Assembly (NCBI GenBank): GCA_963843575.1
Contig: CAWJKZ010000009.1
Span: forward strand, 96,001-160,000
Reading direction: 5' to 3'
Length of the DNA: 64,000 bases
Origin: an uncultured Acidobacteriota bacterium
GTDB taxonomy: Bacteria > Acidobacteriota > UBA6911
Part shown: piece after piece, positions 20,940 to 31,990 of the stretch
Layout of the letters: the number at the start of each line of letters is the position of its first letter
Numbering within the stretch: the stretch's first letter is position 1
Notes under the pieces: generated by a model
Told to the model about the DNA's origin: nothing
Database searches by the model: none
Seen by the model: the letters and a program-made list of their open reading frames with translations, nothing else
Position numbers and translations under genes: made by a program

Positions 20940-21803
20940 ATGAATAGATTTCGAATGACCATCCTATCTTGTCTGGTCGGCATTATCGCCTCAGCGCCAG
21001 CGCTGTGCCAGTCGACCACCCGGTCTGATCTCCAGGTGGAGGAGAGCACGACCTCCGGAACAATCGTTTCCTCGACCCGGAACACGCTGGTGGTGAAGGC
21101 CGATAGCGGCCGGTACGTTCTCTTCGTCTTTGATCGCGACACGACGCGGCCGCGGGTGCTGCCTGCGGGAACTCGAGTCAATGTTACATCCACTCCTGGT
21201 GACGAGCCGGGAGTGAGGGTGGCGAGCACTATTACCACCCCGGAGGCGACTCCGGCCGCCACCGCCCCCTCCACGGCACCGGCCACTCCCCGGCGCGGGA
21301 CCAGAATCCCAGCGGACGACCAATCTATTCCACCTGAGGTGCGGCGGCTCGAACGCCAGATCGAGCGCCAAACCAGGAAGTACAACGTGGGAGTTCGCGC
21401 AGGCGCCACACTCGACCCGGAACTTGTCTTTGTTGGAGTCCACACCAGGTTGGGCCCGATTTTCCACCCGGATGTTTTCTTCCGGCCAAACGCCGAAATC
21501 GGCTTCGGCGAGGTCACGACGCAGATTGGTCTGAACCTCGAGGCGGTATACCGACTGCCCCTGAATGTGCGGTCGGGGCGCTGGTCCGCCTACGTCGGCG
21601 CGGGGCCGGGCTTCTCTTTCAGCCACAGGGGATTCTCCGAAGCCGAGAGCGGGGGAAGAGACATCGATTTCGGCGACTTCGACTGGCACACGGGCCTCAA
21701 CGTGCTCACAGGCATAGAATATCGTGGCGGGATGTTTATCGAATTCAAGACCACCGCCTATGCTACACCCCATTTCCGGATGATGATCGGCTACAGCTTC
21801 TGA
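20940..21803 (+). CDS. Secreted protein with a C-terminal outer-membrane beta-barrel-like domain
   Basis: Signal peptide, OB-like N-domain, PAT-rich linker, alternating beta strands and terminal GYSF. Confidence 0.75.
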   Translation: MNRFRMTILSCLVGIIASAPALCQSTTRSDLQVEESTTSGTIVSSTRNTLVVKADSGRYVLFVFDRDTTRPRVLPAGTRVNVTSTPGDEPGVRVASTITTPEATPAATAPSTAPATPRRGTRIPADDQSIPPEVRRLERQIERQTRKYNVGVRAGATLDPELVFVGVHTRLGPIFHPDVFFRPNAEIGFGEVTTQIGLNLEAVYRLPLNVRSGRWSAYVGAGPGFSFSHRGFSEAESGGRDIDFGDFDWHTGLNVLTGIEYRGGMFIEFKTTAYATPHFRMMIGYSF

Positions 21804-22265
21804 AAGCGACCGGCCTCGGGGGCGAGGTCCGTTCTGCCGCCGTGTGGGCTTCCCATTTCCGGGTTTTCGCTCTTCTCCCGTTCGGCGCAGAAGCCGCCTC
21901 CGAGTGGCCCCGGGTCTTTTGGTTCGGCCCCTTCGCCACGCCATCTCAATGTCGCCTGACGGGCGGCCCCTTCTCTGTTCTCAAGCCGACTACCAGATCG
22001 GTGACTTGATGATTGTGAATGATGTGCGATAGGCGGGCCGGGAGCTGGAGGATGCCGGGTGTCCTTTCCATTTGCCATTTCTGGCGCATCCCAACAGATA
22101 CATCCCAATGAAATGTGATTTTCCAGCAATAGCAAATTGCGCATACACCTTGCCTGCGGAAAGTGGATCAAGGTTACACGGCAAGTGGCTGGTCCTCACC
22201 CAATTTCCAAGTCCCGATGTGGGAAATGATTAGTATTGGCAGACGAGAAGTTCGGAGTGGGGGAT

Positions 22266-22778
22266 TTACCGCGCGGCAGGATACTTGACGACGACGGGAG
22301 AACGGAGCTGCCCGGGCCGCGGCCAGGTGTCGTAGCGCGCCCCGTTCCAATACGCCGTGTCCGTGGTCGTGAGCTCCCGGACGAGGTCGGTCGTGCGGAG
22401 GGCGCCGTACGCGGCGACTAGCAAAAGGATCGCCGCGGCCGCCCCGAGCCGCAGTCCGGGCGACGCGGGCCGCCGGGCGGCCAGCAGGCTCGTGACTGTG
22501 AGGAAGCCGATGGCCGCCGAGGCCAGCATAAAGAACCGGCCGGAATAGAATTCCCAATTGTGGCCCTGGAACGATCCTATGAAGCTATACGCCAGGATCA
22601 ACAGCCAGGGGTAGAGCAGCAGCGCGTAGGCGCAGGACAGGCGCTGCCGCAGATGCGGGTTGAGCAACGCCAGCGCGCTGAAGACCACCACCAGGATGTG
22701 GCCCGGCAGCGCGGGGTGGCGGGCGAATCCCCATGCATCGGCCGCGCCGAGGCGCGTGATGTAGTCGGCGGCGTTCAC
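22266..22778 (-). pseudogene. C-terminal fragment of a membrane protein truncated at the IS1634 remnant
   Basis: Hydrophobic ORF without a credible start, abutting the truncated transposase. Confidence 0.45.
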
Positions 22779-22786
22779 GAATCTGT

Positions 22787-23876
22787 TACGAGGTGATGGA
22801 TGGAAACACCAGCGATCGAACCACGCTGCGGCAGTATCTCAATAAGATTGAAAACCAGTACGGCAAAGCACGCCGCGTGTGGATCATGGACCGTGGCATT
22901 CCCACGGAGGAAGTGCTCTCCGAGATGCGGCAATCGGATACCCCGATCCACTATCTGGTGGGAACACCGAAAGGACGGCTGAACAAACTCGAAGCACAGC
23001 TGCTGCCACTGCCTTGGGAAAAGGTGCGCGACAGCCTGAGCGTCAAACTGCTCAAGCAAGAGCAGGAATTGTATGTGCTGGCGTGCAGTACGAGCCGGCA
23101 GGCGAAAGAGTGGGCCATGCGCCGCCGGCGACTGAAGCAATACTGGAATCGGCTTCGTGAACTTAGCGGCCAGAAGTTAGATCGTGACCGACTGTTGATG
23201 AAAATCGGAGCGGCCAAAAAGGAAGCCGGCCATGCCGCTCGGTTGGTGGAACTATCCCTGCCTTTTCCACACCAAGCGGTCACACCGGAAACGTTTCGCT
23301 TCAGCTTGTGCAAAGACAAGCTCCGTAAGGTTCGCAAACAGGAAGGACAATACCTGCTGCGCTCGAATTTGACTGGCGAAGATCCGGCCACGTTATGGAG
23401 GTACTACATACAACTGGTCGAGGTTGAACAAGCGTTCAAGACCCTCAAAATGGATCTTTCCCTACGGCCCATCCACCACCAGAAAGACGAGAGGATTGAA
23501 GCGCATATTTTCGTGGCCTTCCTGTCGTACTGTCTTCAGGTAACTCTGCAGCAGCGATTGAAAGCCCTTGCTCCTGGTCTCACTGTGCGGTCGGTTCTGG
23601 AAAAGTTTGCCTCCATACAATTGGTAGATGTCCACCTGCCCACGACGGACGGCCGAGAGCTGCGGTTACCCAGATATACCGAGCCGGATAAAGAGCACCT
23701 TCTGTTGCTTTCCAGACTGGATCTGACGCTGCCTCCGCAGCCGCGGCCAGAACTCCTGGACAAAAAACCTACGATGACCAAGTTGAAGATGAACGTGTAG
23801 TGAAGACTTTCGGGGATGCTTTCTAATGGAATCAATAACTTACGGGCAGCCTACCCCCTCAGTTGTCAAAGTCGGG
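22787..23876 (+). mobile_element. IS1634-family element, 5'-truncated (transposase 22793..23800)
   Basis: YEVMDGNTSD, WIMDRGI, YLVGTPKGRL, YLLRSN, VEQAFKTLK.DL.LRPIHHQ..ERIEAHIFVAFLSYCL. The end resembles ...AAAGTCGGG at 23876. Confidence 0.85.
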
Positions 23877-23905
23877 CTAGTAATGTAAATACCAACAAGG
23901 GCCTT

Positions 23906-23926
23906 CGAAGTCCCGTTCGAGGAGAT
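23906..23926 (+). repeat. 21-bp direct repeat, copy 1
   Basis: CGAAGTCCCGTTCGAGGAGAT, identical at 28096..28116. Confidence 0.8.
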
Positions 23927-24199
23927 GACTGCCACTGGCTGTCGCTCACCTTGCCCAGCGAGGGGTGATTGACGCGAACGCCGTCCTATGAAAGCGGATG
24001 TCAAGGACAAACTCTTCCGCCCCAGGAACAGGGCGCGTTTTTTCGGTCCACGACATCCAGCCAACGCTCATTCAGTGCTGCCCTGCTGATCCTGCGACAC
24101 TTCCGGAATAACGCATGCACTATGCATACGAAGCCGGCTGTTCAAGGGGCAGCGGAATTCAAATCCGTTCGAGACTTTCAAAGCACAGCGGCCGTGTTG

Positions 24200-24388
24200 C
24201 CGACCATGGTCCTATCTGAGACTTGGAAGCCTATTGCTTTATTTGGTCATGCGAGGGGGCCTATGGTTTCAAGGAGACTCCATCTCCGGGCCTAACGGCG
24301 TTCTTGAGACTCACCCTCGACCTCGCGTCTCGTTCGGGTTTCAATTTGAATACCATTGCCGACCTGCTCAGTCGGTCCTCGAGACGCT
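24200..24388 (-). ncRNA. Predicted bridge/seek RNA, copy 2
   Basis: Same guide segments as 15387..15575. Confidence 0.8.
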
Positions 24389-25441
24389 TCATGCCGCGTG
24401 CGGTATCTTCAGTTTCTTTTGGCTATAGCGTTCTCCTCTTTTCCAGAGTGCCAGCGTGACCGACGCAATCTTCCTCGCCAAAGTCAGGTATGCCAGTGAT
24501 TCAGGGGTGCCGTTTTCGATCATGGCCTCGAAATATGACCGCCACGGTCCTGAGGCAACAGTCCTGGCCGCGCTCTTGAACACAGACTTCAGCGCCCGGC
24601 TGTAGTTTTGATTCAAGCCGCGGACAAGCGGCCGCCTGTTGGATCGAACGACCTTCCCGGCGAGCATCTTGTATTCCGAACTGGCCTCGGTTCGTACACC
24701 CAGCCCGCAGTAACTCCAGAACTGTCTCTTGGTTCGAAATCGGTGCGGAGTACCAGCGACGCCGATGATTACAGCGGCGCGCACATACCCGATTCCAGGT
24801 ATGCTGCGAAGTATCTTTGTAGCGGGATGTTTCCGTGCCTCAGCTGTCAGTTCCTGCTCCGCTTCTATCGACAGCCAGTCGGCGCAGTCAAGTTGATTGC
24901 AGAGTCGTCCAGCTCGGACACGCACGGCTGCCGAGTCCAGTTTCGCCAGCCACTCCTCCCGTTCCTCAAGACCGTAGACTCCGGCGCCTTCACAAGGTAT
25001 CCCGCGGGCCCGGAACAAAGCCTTCAGGCGATTTTTGACCCTGGTCCTGTCCTCGATTAAACAGGCGTACCCCTGCGCGAGTTCCTTCAATCCCAGAGTG
25101 CTCTGTTCGCCATGGTAGACTCGCGTCAGCGCATTCGTGCGAAGCAACTCCGCCAGCCGCGCAGCATCGGACTTGTCTGCCTTGTTACTTGCCTTGGCGA
25201 TCTTGCGTGGATCGCAGACCAACACGTCTGCGACGTAAGGTCGGAGCATGTCATAAAGCCAGGCCGCCTGTGCGCACTCCTCCAGAGTGACATGCAGCGC
25301 CCCGCGCTGCCCGTTGATGAAATCCAGGATTGCCTCTGGGGATGTTTCCACCACGCCGTCAGTAATCCTTTTGCCCGACTCACCGATAACCGCTATCACC
25401 GTTGTTGCTTTGTGGACATCCATGCCGATATACTTTTTCAT
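24389..25441 (-). CDS. IS110-family transposase
   Basis: Protein identical to 14334..15386. Confidence 0.96.
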   Translation of the reverse strand: MKKYIGMDVHKATTVIAVIGESGKRITDGVVETSPEAILDFINGQRGALHVTLEECAQAAWLYDMLRPYVADVLVCDPRKIAKASNKADKSDAARLAELLRTNALTRVYHGEQSTLGLKELAQGYACLIEDRTRVKNRLKALFRARGIPCEGAGVYGLEEREEWLAKLDSAAVRVRAGRLCNQLDCADWLSIEAEQELTAEARKHPATKILRSIPGIGYVRAAVIIGVAGTPHRFRTKRQFWSYCGLGVRTEASSEYKMLAGKVVRSNRRPLVRGLNQNYSRALKSVFKSAARTVASGPWRSYFEAMIENGTPESLAYLTLARKIASVTLALWKRGERYSQKKLKIPHAA

Positions 25442-25922
25442 CAGACGCTCCTTTGGCGGTTTTGAGTGGTGTCTTGAACCGATCCCAATCTTACCGCTGT
25501 TGGAGCGTCTTCTTTTCATGATGTCTTCTATGCTCGCGACCAAATCTTCAAAACTGCAATCTCCTACGTGCTAGACTGGGCCCGCCTGACGAAACGGCGT
25601 CGGGCTCTGCGGGGACGCAACCCGGCAAGGGATAGTCAGGCCGACGGTGCGCCGATGGTGCATCGGGCCTCTGGCGACTAACAATCGTCAGAGGCCTCAT
25701 TTATCTATCGGACACCAGAGTCATGCCTCACAAAATCCCGGGGCCAGGGGCAGAGCCCCTGGGCTGTCGCCAGACAGCCGGCCTTCAATGTATAAATGCC
25801 GATATCACGCGGCGGGCTTTCATAATGCGTTTCGGAGTCTCTTGTCATGAATTAAGCTGTAAGTAGTTGTTCCCGCTGAGGTAAAATGACATTATCAAGA
25901 GTGGTTCGAGGCGGAGATACAC

Positions 25923-26411
25923 GTGCGGTCGGGCAAGGTGATCCATTACATCGTCGCGGTTGTTGCGGGTATGATCTCCTTTGTTCTCGGTCATGCGCTG
26001 CTGCAGGAATTCGTAACCCGCAATCTTCCCGACGATTCTGTCTTGCAGTTGGCGACGAGGTTTATTCTCAACTTCTCCGCAGCGGGATTCATGAGCGGTG
26101 CCGTTTATGCCGCCACCTTCAAGGGCGCTTACCTTCCGATAGCGACCATTCCCGCGACCCTGGTCGGTGGTTTCTTTCTCGGAGTCGCAATAGTCCGCGG
26201 AGAGATCGGCTATGGGCTCGAGCACAGTCTGAGTGCATGGCAGTTTTGCGATCCCAGTCGTTTTGGGGATCACCTCCAGCTACATCAGTGCAAAGATCAT
26301 GCGCCGCTTGTTAGTACGACACTCGCATTGACACGCTTCAAGAGGTCCCGGTTCCACGAGACACTGCCGCTGAATCGCGCCGCCTCCCGCAACCGGGGTA
26401 ATGGACGATAA
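25923..26411 (+). CDS. Hypothetical membrane protein (3' end doubtful)
   Basis: GTG start after GGAG. Three hydrophobic segments in the first 100 aa. Confidence 0.45.
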   Translation: MRSGKVIHYIVAVVAGMISFVLGHALLQEFVTRNLPDDSVLQLATRFILNFSAAGFMSGAVYAATFKGAYLPIATIPATLVGGFFLGVAIVRGEIGYGLEHSLSAWQFCDPSRFGDHLQLHQCKDHAPLVSTTLALTRFKRSRFHETLPLNRAASRNRGNGR

Positions 26412-26486
26412 GGCCGTTTCGAGGGACCAGAACGATGCCACTGATTTAAGTTGCTGATACTCAGGTATCTAGAGTAAAGATTGCTT

Positions 26487-27059
26487 ATGCCCGTCCGGCG
26501 CAAGATCGTTTCACTCCTCGCCTGTTCCATCTTGGCTGTTTTCATTTTGGCCGGTCTGCTCCTCGAATCAAAACGAGACGACTTTCGTCGCCAAGACGGC
26601 TTTGCCCCAATGGTCGATGGCTTGTATATAGAGCCATGCCGTAGTTGTCCTGTTGCCGCTAGTAATGACAATGTTGAAGCACGCGTTTCTGCTAGTGGCA
26701 TGGGCAATTCGGCATGGTTTAACGCGAAGATCAAGAACAATAGGTATGAGAGCATTTGGCTGATTCCGAGTCTGGTCCGCTTCTTGATCGAGCCTAGCTC
26801 CTCAGCAAATAAGATCTACATCCTTCCAGTCGACCAGAACGGAAACGAGGGCGGGCTCGCAAGAACTGAGCAGGAAATTCTCCCCGGATCTCAGCGCGAG
26901 TTCAATATCAACGCACGTTGGGCCTCGCATGTACTCCAAAGGAGAACCTTCACCGAGCTTCGCCTTGCTTTCAGAGACGCTCGAAGCAAAGAGATGGCGA
27001 TCAACCTGCATTTCGCCCTCGCACCGGTCGATACGTACGGAGTGCCCCGTTTGGAATAA
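26487..27059 (+). CDS. Hypothetical membrane-anchored protein
   Basis: About 190-aa ORF with an N-terminal TM helix. Confidence 0.55.
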   Translation: MPVRRKIVSLLACSILAVFILAGLLLESKRDDFRRQDGFAPMVDGLYIEPCRSCPVAASNDNVEARVSASGMGNSAWFNAKIKNNRYESIWLIPSLVRFLIEPSSSANKIYILPVDQNGNEGGLARTEQEILPGSQREFNINARWASHVLQRRTFTELRLAFRDARSKEMAINLHFALAPVDTYGVPRLE

Positions 27060-27219
27060 AACCGAATCGCCTCGCGACCCCAGGCTGGGGGGATCTTCAC
27101 TGACCAGGCCGAGTTGCCATTATTACCGGGAACGTCGTTTCGGGACCGTGGGCAAGGGGTATTGATTCGGTCAAGTTCCCTCCCAGTAGGATCGTCTCGG
27201 CGTGTCCTCGATACAGTGG

Positions 27220-27933
27220 TCAACGGACACTCGGCCCAACTTCGCTCGGCGAAAGGACAAGATCCAATTTCTTCTCTGCACCGGTACGACCCACAATCGG
27301 GTTAGGGGTATAGCCCGGTTTCGATGCGTACACGATGTAGCTACCTGCGCGGGGGAGAGTCATTTCATAACGGCCGACACTGTCCGTTCGGCATTGTGTC
27401 GCAAGCCGATGGTCCCTGAGATCAACGGCAATGACGGTCGCCCCAGCAACCAGTTCCCCAGCGGAGGATCGCACTATGCCGTCCCACGTTATAGGAGGAA
27501 ATATCCCGTCGCCCTGCGGCGGAACGAGCCAGAAGTCTGTGACGTGTGTCGTTCCGGGCAATAACATCAAGCCCCAGTATTCGCTTCGGAGCCAGCCAGG
27601 GGCCTCGCAGGTAACTAAATATTCGCCAGACCGCAATCTGGGAATCGTGTAGTTCCCATTTGGATCTGACACTGCAGATAAGACCTTGTCGGCGCGATAT
27701 CTTTCGGGCGTTAAGGCTACGCCGCGATCCCCAGTGATTTTATAGACCGAAATGGTTGCTCCAGAAAGGGGAGGAAGGGCGGCACTGACCGGACCGGCAC
27801 GGACGGTCCCCGTGATGGTTGCAGTGTCTTTATCGTCCGCAGAAGTCGCCTGCGCAGCCCGTTCGACACCGGCGGGAAAGGTCAACAAATGGAGAGCCAG
27901 GCAGGATGTTACATAGAGCGTGAACTCTCGCAT
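27220..27933 (-). CDS. Secreted carboxypeptidase regulatory-like (two-repeat) domain protein
   Basis: Signal peptide. ITGTV..PLSGATISV..SDPNGNYTI..L.SGEYLVTCEAPG and GIVRS..GELVAGATV..TDSVGRYEM..GSY.VYASKPGY. Confidence 0.7.
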   Translation of the reverse strand: MREFTLYVTSCLALHLLTFPAGVERAAQATSADDKDTATITGTVRAGPVSAALPPLSGATISVYKITGDRGVALTPERYRADKVLSAVSDPNGNYTIPRLRSGEYLVTCEAPGWLRSEYWGLMLLPGTTHVTDFWLVPPQGDGIFPPITWDGIVRSSAGELVAGATVIAVDLRDHRLATQCRTDSVGRYEMTLPRAGSYIVYASKPGYTPNPIVGRTGAEKKLDLVLSPSEVGPSVR

Positions 27934-28095
27934 AGAGCGCCCCTTTGAATGATTGAGGCGAAACCCAAGATCATTTATTCGTTCGCATCCTAAGTAATCC
28001 TCGATCGAATCTTGGTACTTGTACAGCAAAATCGCGTGGCGAACCTAAGTTACTGAGGAGTTATGACTTGACTTACTTCGCCGTAGTTATCCCCC

Positions 28096-28116
28096 CGAAG
28101 TCCCGTTCGAGGAGAT
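28096..28116 (+). repeat. 21-bp direct repeat, copy 2
   Basis: Identical to 23906..23926. Confidence 0.8.
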
Positions 28117-28292
28117 CTGCCGTACACAGAGGTTTGACCGACTGCGGCATCCTTCGAGCCCGGATGATGACGGTCCGGAACCAGCCGATGTCAGTTTCCC
28201 AGATCTGCCGCTTATCGTTCCGCAATGTCGCGTCGAGGACTAAACCCCGAAGTTTCGGCGAATGATCGCTGCCGGTTGTGCGCCTTGGAGGA

Positions 28293-29754
28293 TTAGAAAG
28301 GTCGACGGTAAGCATCCACAATGGCCATCAGCCCCGAGATGCGCACCTGCCCATCCGGCATGTCTCGTACGTACTTGAGCGCACGTTCAAAATCATCAAT
28401 CGCCAGTTCCGAGATGAGTGCGCGCTCAAGCATGTCTCCTGCGGAACGTCCCCCTCTGGGTGCTCGCCCAACCTGCTTCCCCTGTCCAGATTCTGCATCT
28501 CTGATCTCGGCAACGAGAGCAAAACCCTCCTTGTAGAGTTGCGGGTCAACTTCCCCGTCACAGCGTCTGCTGGTACGCAGCAATTGAGCGAATACCTGCA
28601 TTCTTGCGGCCATCGGCTCGACACGCGCAACAAGCTTACGCGCCTGTTCTAGCGCCATGGCCGACAGATCGGGGTATTCCAAAGCCGCAGAGTAAGCCAA
28701 GTTTAACAGGTCACACACCTTCGCTGGCGACGGGCTCATGCCGGACAGCTTTCCGCGAATGAAATTATCGTCCTTTCCGCGTAACTGCGCGTAGAGCAAC
28801 TGGTCGCCGTAAGCTGAATCGGGGCCATAATGAGTCGTTGTCTCTAATACCCCCTGCTGTCCATAGCTCAGTTCGACAGGTCCCTCTGCCAGAACCCTGT
28901 CGACGCCGCCCACCGGTTCCAGCTTGGACTTGAGATTCGGCATTGAGTCTAAAACCCTCGTCACCAACGTGGGCCTCTGCTGAATATCCTTCAACATGTT
29001 GAGTGCCACGGCCTCGGAGTTGTCGAGGAATACAACCTGATCGCCGATCTTTACTGAGGGGGAGCCACCTGCGGGTATACTCGCCAGTGAACCAACAAGC
29101 AGGCTGAATGCGTCCGGAAACCGTTCGGGCGTGACACGTGACAGCGTTTGCGTCAGAAACATCAAATCCATCGGCGCTATCTGGGTGGCGTCGCAAGAGG
29201 AAAGATCCCAAAAGGTTTGCTCCATCAACGCGACCGCATCTTCCTTGCGGCCTGCACGCATCATCGAGTCTGCAAGACTTGCCCTCAGGCCAAAATCAAT
29301 GGGTTCCGTGTCATTGGAGTTCGGCCAGAGCTTGAGTGCCGCGTCAGGATCTCTTGCGCCGATCAGGCGTGCGGCATCGCGCCTGAACTGGCTCTCCATT
29401 TCGGACTTACACTTACGGGCAGCTTCTCCCAGAGATTGTGAGGGTTCCGGCCACTTTATTGCGGTCTTGTAAGGCGTCGTCAGAGTCCAGTTGACAGAGA
29501 GCTACTAAGAGTTGCCCCGCGGACGTCGTCGCATCCGTATACTCCCGTGGTTCTCGGGCGTCCAGCGCGGCGATCCTGAGGACGGACACGAGTTCTTTGA
29601 TGGAGCTTTTCGCTCTGGTGCGGTGCAACATGACCCAGGTGTTGCCCAGTTGTCGAAAGGAGGTGGACTGAAGCGGCCGGATACGCTTCGCCAAGTCCGT
29701 CGCCTCCTGTAATGCCTGTCGCGCATTCTTCAGCCGTTCGACTGATATCCGCAT
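28293..29754 (-). pseudogene. Alpha-helical hypothetical protein, split into 29413..29754 and 28293..29399
   Basis: Consecutive same-strand helical ORFs, probably one frameshifted gene. Confidence 0.5.
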
Positions 29755-29819
29755 CCGGTAGGCTGTTCGTTTAAGATCCTTCGACTCGGAATTAAGGAAA
29801 AACTGAGGGAGATATTGAG

Positions 29820-30125
29820 GTGAAGGGAGAAAAAGTAGAAGTTGTTAAGGGTAGCGGGAATGTTTTCCGAGCCCTCGGGTACGAGAATGCAGACGTCGAA
29901 CAATTCAAGGCGGTTCTCGCAGCCGAAATCATAAAGGCGCTCGACCGGGAAGGACTGAGCGTACGTGCCGCTCACCACCGCACCGGGACTGCCGCCGCCG
30001 ACTTCTCGCGCATCCGCAATGCAGACCTCGCGCGGTTCACCGTCGACCGTCTTATGTCAATCATCAACCGGCTCGGCTCGCGCATCGAAGTGAAGATTAA
30101 GGTACGTGCGGGCAGAGCCGCTTGA
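29820..30125 (+). CDS. XRE-family HTH protein (HigA-like antitoxin)
   Basis: VVKGSGNVFRALG..NADVEQFKAVLAAEII...AADFSRIRNADLARFTVDRLMSIINRLG. Confidence 0.88.
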   Translation: MKGEKVEVVKGSGNVFRALGYENADVEQFKAVLAAEIIKALDREGLSVRAAHHRTGTAAADFSRIRNADLARFTVDRLMSIINRLGSRIEVKIKVRAGRAA

Positions 30126-30204
30126 GGGAGTTGGTCGTTCGCCAAGACCACGGCCGATCGCCATCTACCGTAGGGTCGGAATATTCAGCCGAGCGGAAAC
30201 GGCA

Positions 30205-30306
30205 TTGCCCGTGCCTCGTTCCGTGTAAGCGCCCGAGAAGGGAAGGGTGGTAGATGTCCCCGAGGTCGGCGGACTTCACCACCGATACGAGAGACGCGCA
30301 CCGTAA
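30205..30306 (+). pseudogene. 3' remnant of an integrase-core (rve) transposase
   Basis: LPVPRSV*APEKGRVVDVPEVGGLHHRYERRAP*, with the characteristic GGLHHRYERRAA-type C-terminus and an internal stop. Confidence 0.7.
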
Positions 30307-30532
30307 CTCCGCTGTGCAGCCCCCTGAAGGTCGCTCATCCTGCAACGCCCCACGCTGCATTTTTCAACTCCCTCAGGCACTGCTGCCCGGCAAGCACCTG
30401 GTCGCAGGACGCGTTTTGGAGGACTCGTCGCCCTGCGGACGCCCGCCGGGCCATGGCAAGTAGAGGTCCTCCACACGAAAGGGGAAACCCTGGCACCGAA
30501 GGATTTTCCTGCGGGCCACCGCGCCAGTTCGC

Positions 30533-31990
30533 TCAGGGCTGCCTCGCCATGGAGCGGCGGCCGGGAGCTGGGTAGTTCTTCGCCACATCATCGAGAACAA
30601 GTACCCAGTCGTGACCTATCCCTCGCGTCGGCGGTTGAAAGCGCGCCTTTCCCGTGTTCGGGAAAACGCCGATTTCGGTTGCAGAGCCATCGCGAGGATT
30701 GAACCACCAACCCCTCAGACTGGCGCCCGAAATCCCCCCCATGTTCAAATCGATCACATTTCCCCCGGTCGAATACACAAACAGGTAGTCGGAGCCTTTA
30801 GTTGCCTGTAACCGGTCGTTAAAAGTCAATGGATCGGCCGCAAGCATGGTTTGGTCGGGAACGCGCATCAACATGGGTCTGGATTCGACCAACCGCCGCA
30901 GGTATTTCATCTGCAACGTACCGGGCCGGTTCAGCGCCTCCTTCCAGTGAGCCGCCGCGATACCGGCATAGGGTTCCACGCTCGGGGACAACAGCAGCAT
31001 CACGCTGAGCTCGCCATAAATGTGTCCGAACGCCCCGGCGAAAACGGCCCAGTAAGCGCGCTTCCGCACGTCGAAGTCTGTTGCCTCGCGATGTCCATTC
31101 CGAATGTGGTTCGGGAGGTTTTCGTACCACGGTTCAGCGTCCAGTACGGGCTTGACCGGCTTTCTATCGTAATCTGCGCTGATCGGTTCGTAAGCAGGGA
31201 CGTCGCTTTGACCCGTCTGGTGCATGTTGAAATCCAGCCAAGGATCATCATGGAACCAGGTAGAAGAGGTTGCACGGCCCGGAGGATGGAAGCTCATAAG
31301 CAGTTTCGTGTAGTCCTCGCTTCCCGAGACTCCGATCGCTGTTCCCCTGGCCATCTTCCGATGAATGCCAAGATGATCCGGGCTATGGTCGGGGCGAATA
31401 TCGCCTCCCATTATCCAAATGATATTGTCGAAGCGGCCGAAGCGTTCGCCCCAGTGACGTGCCACAGACTCACAGTTTTCCGCTGTGACTCGCCCGTCTT
31501 TGCGTCCGCCTTTCAGATGCCATGCTGAGTAAATGGGATTCAGGGCGACATACATTCCCCGGACCGCGGCCTCCTGGAGAAAGAACTCCACATGATCCCA
31601 GAAGTCGTACTCTTCGGGGTTGTCCGGGTTGTTCCCCTTCGTGACGAGCGGCCTGGTGAAGTCGTTGTTCACGTACGGCATGTCACCATATGCATTCGGG
31701 CCTTCCCCTCCCCTTTCCGAAATACCGGAGAGAAAGATCAGGTTGAATTCGTTCGCGAGACGATTGTCCAGGTAATGGATGATTTCCTCCCGATTGAGCA
31801 GATGAACGAAAGTCCACACCGTGTCTCCCAGCAGGAACACAGGCGATCCGTCTGAAGCACGGACCACGTACCGTCCGTTATCGGAGACCTTCAGATTCGT
31901 TGCCGAGGGAGTTTGTTGCGCATCCGAGGGCAGCACAAGACAGGCCAGGGTTGCGGCAAAGACCAGGACGACTATGCTCTTCTTTCGCAT
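30533..31990 (-). CDS. Secreted DUF4038 / GH140 apiosidase-like hydrolase #1
   Basis: Signal peptide. LKVSDNGRY..FLLGDTVW, IIWIMGGD, KPVLDAEPWYE, AYWAVFAGAFGHIYG, WWFNPRDG...DWVLVLDD. Confidence 0.88.
   Translation of the reverse strand: MRKKSIVVLVFAATLACLVLPSDAQQTPSATNLKVSDNGRYVVRASDGSPVFLLGDTVWTFVHLLNREEIIHYLDNRLANEFNLIFLSGISERGGEGPNAYGDMPYVNNDFTRPLVTKGNNPDNPEEYDFWDHVEFFLQEAAVRGMYVALNPIYSAWHLKGGRKDGRVTAENCESVARHWGERFGRFDNIIWIMGGDIRPDHSPDHLGIHRKMARGTAIGVSGSEDYTKLLMSFHPPGRATSSTWFHDDPWLDFNMHQTGQSDVPAYEPISADYDRKPVKPVLDAEPWYENLPNHIRNGHREATDFDVRKRAYWAVFAGAFGHIYGELSVMLLLSPSVEPYAGIAAAHWKEALNRPGTLQMKYLRRLVESRPMLMRVPDQTMLAADPLTFNDRLQATKGSDYLFVYSTGGNVIDLNMGGISGASLRGWWFNPRDGSATEIGVFPNTGKARFQPPTRGIGHDWVLVLDDVAKNYPAPGRRSMARQP

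Larger units (their letters stand above)
23985..25827 (-). mobile_element. IS110-family (IS1111 group) insertion sequence, copy 2
   Basis: Reverse complement of 13948..15791. I noticed two substitutions and one indel in the right end. Same flanks GAAACG|GCGTT. Confidence 0.95.

Noticed and set aside
13948-25827. Composite transposon or inversion formed by the two inverted IS1111 copies
   Set aside because: Copy 1's own flanks rejoin into an intact kinase frame, so the copies are independent insertions and the intervening DNA is not rearranged.
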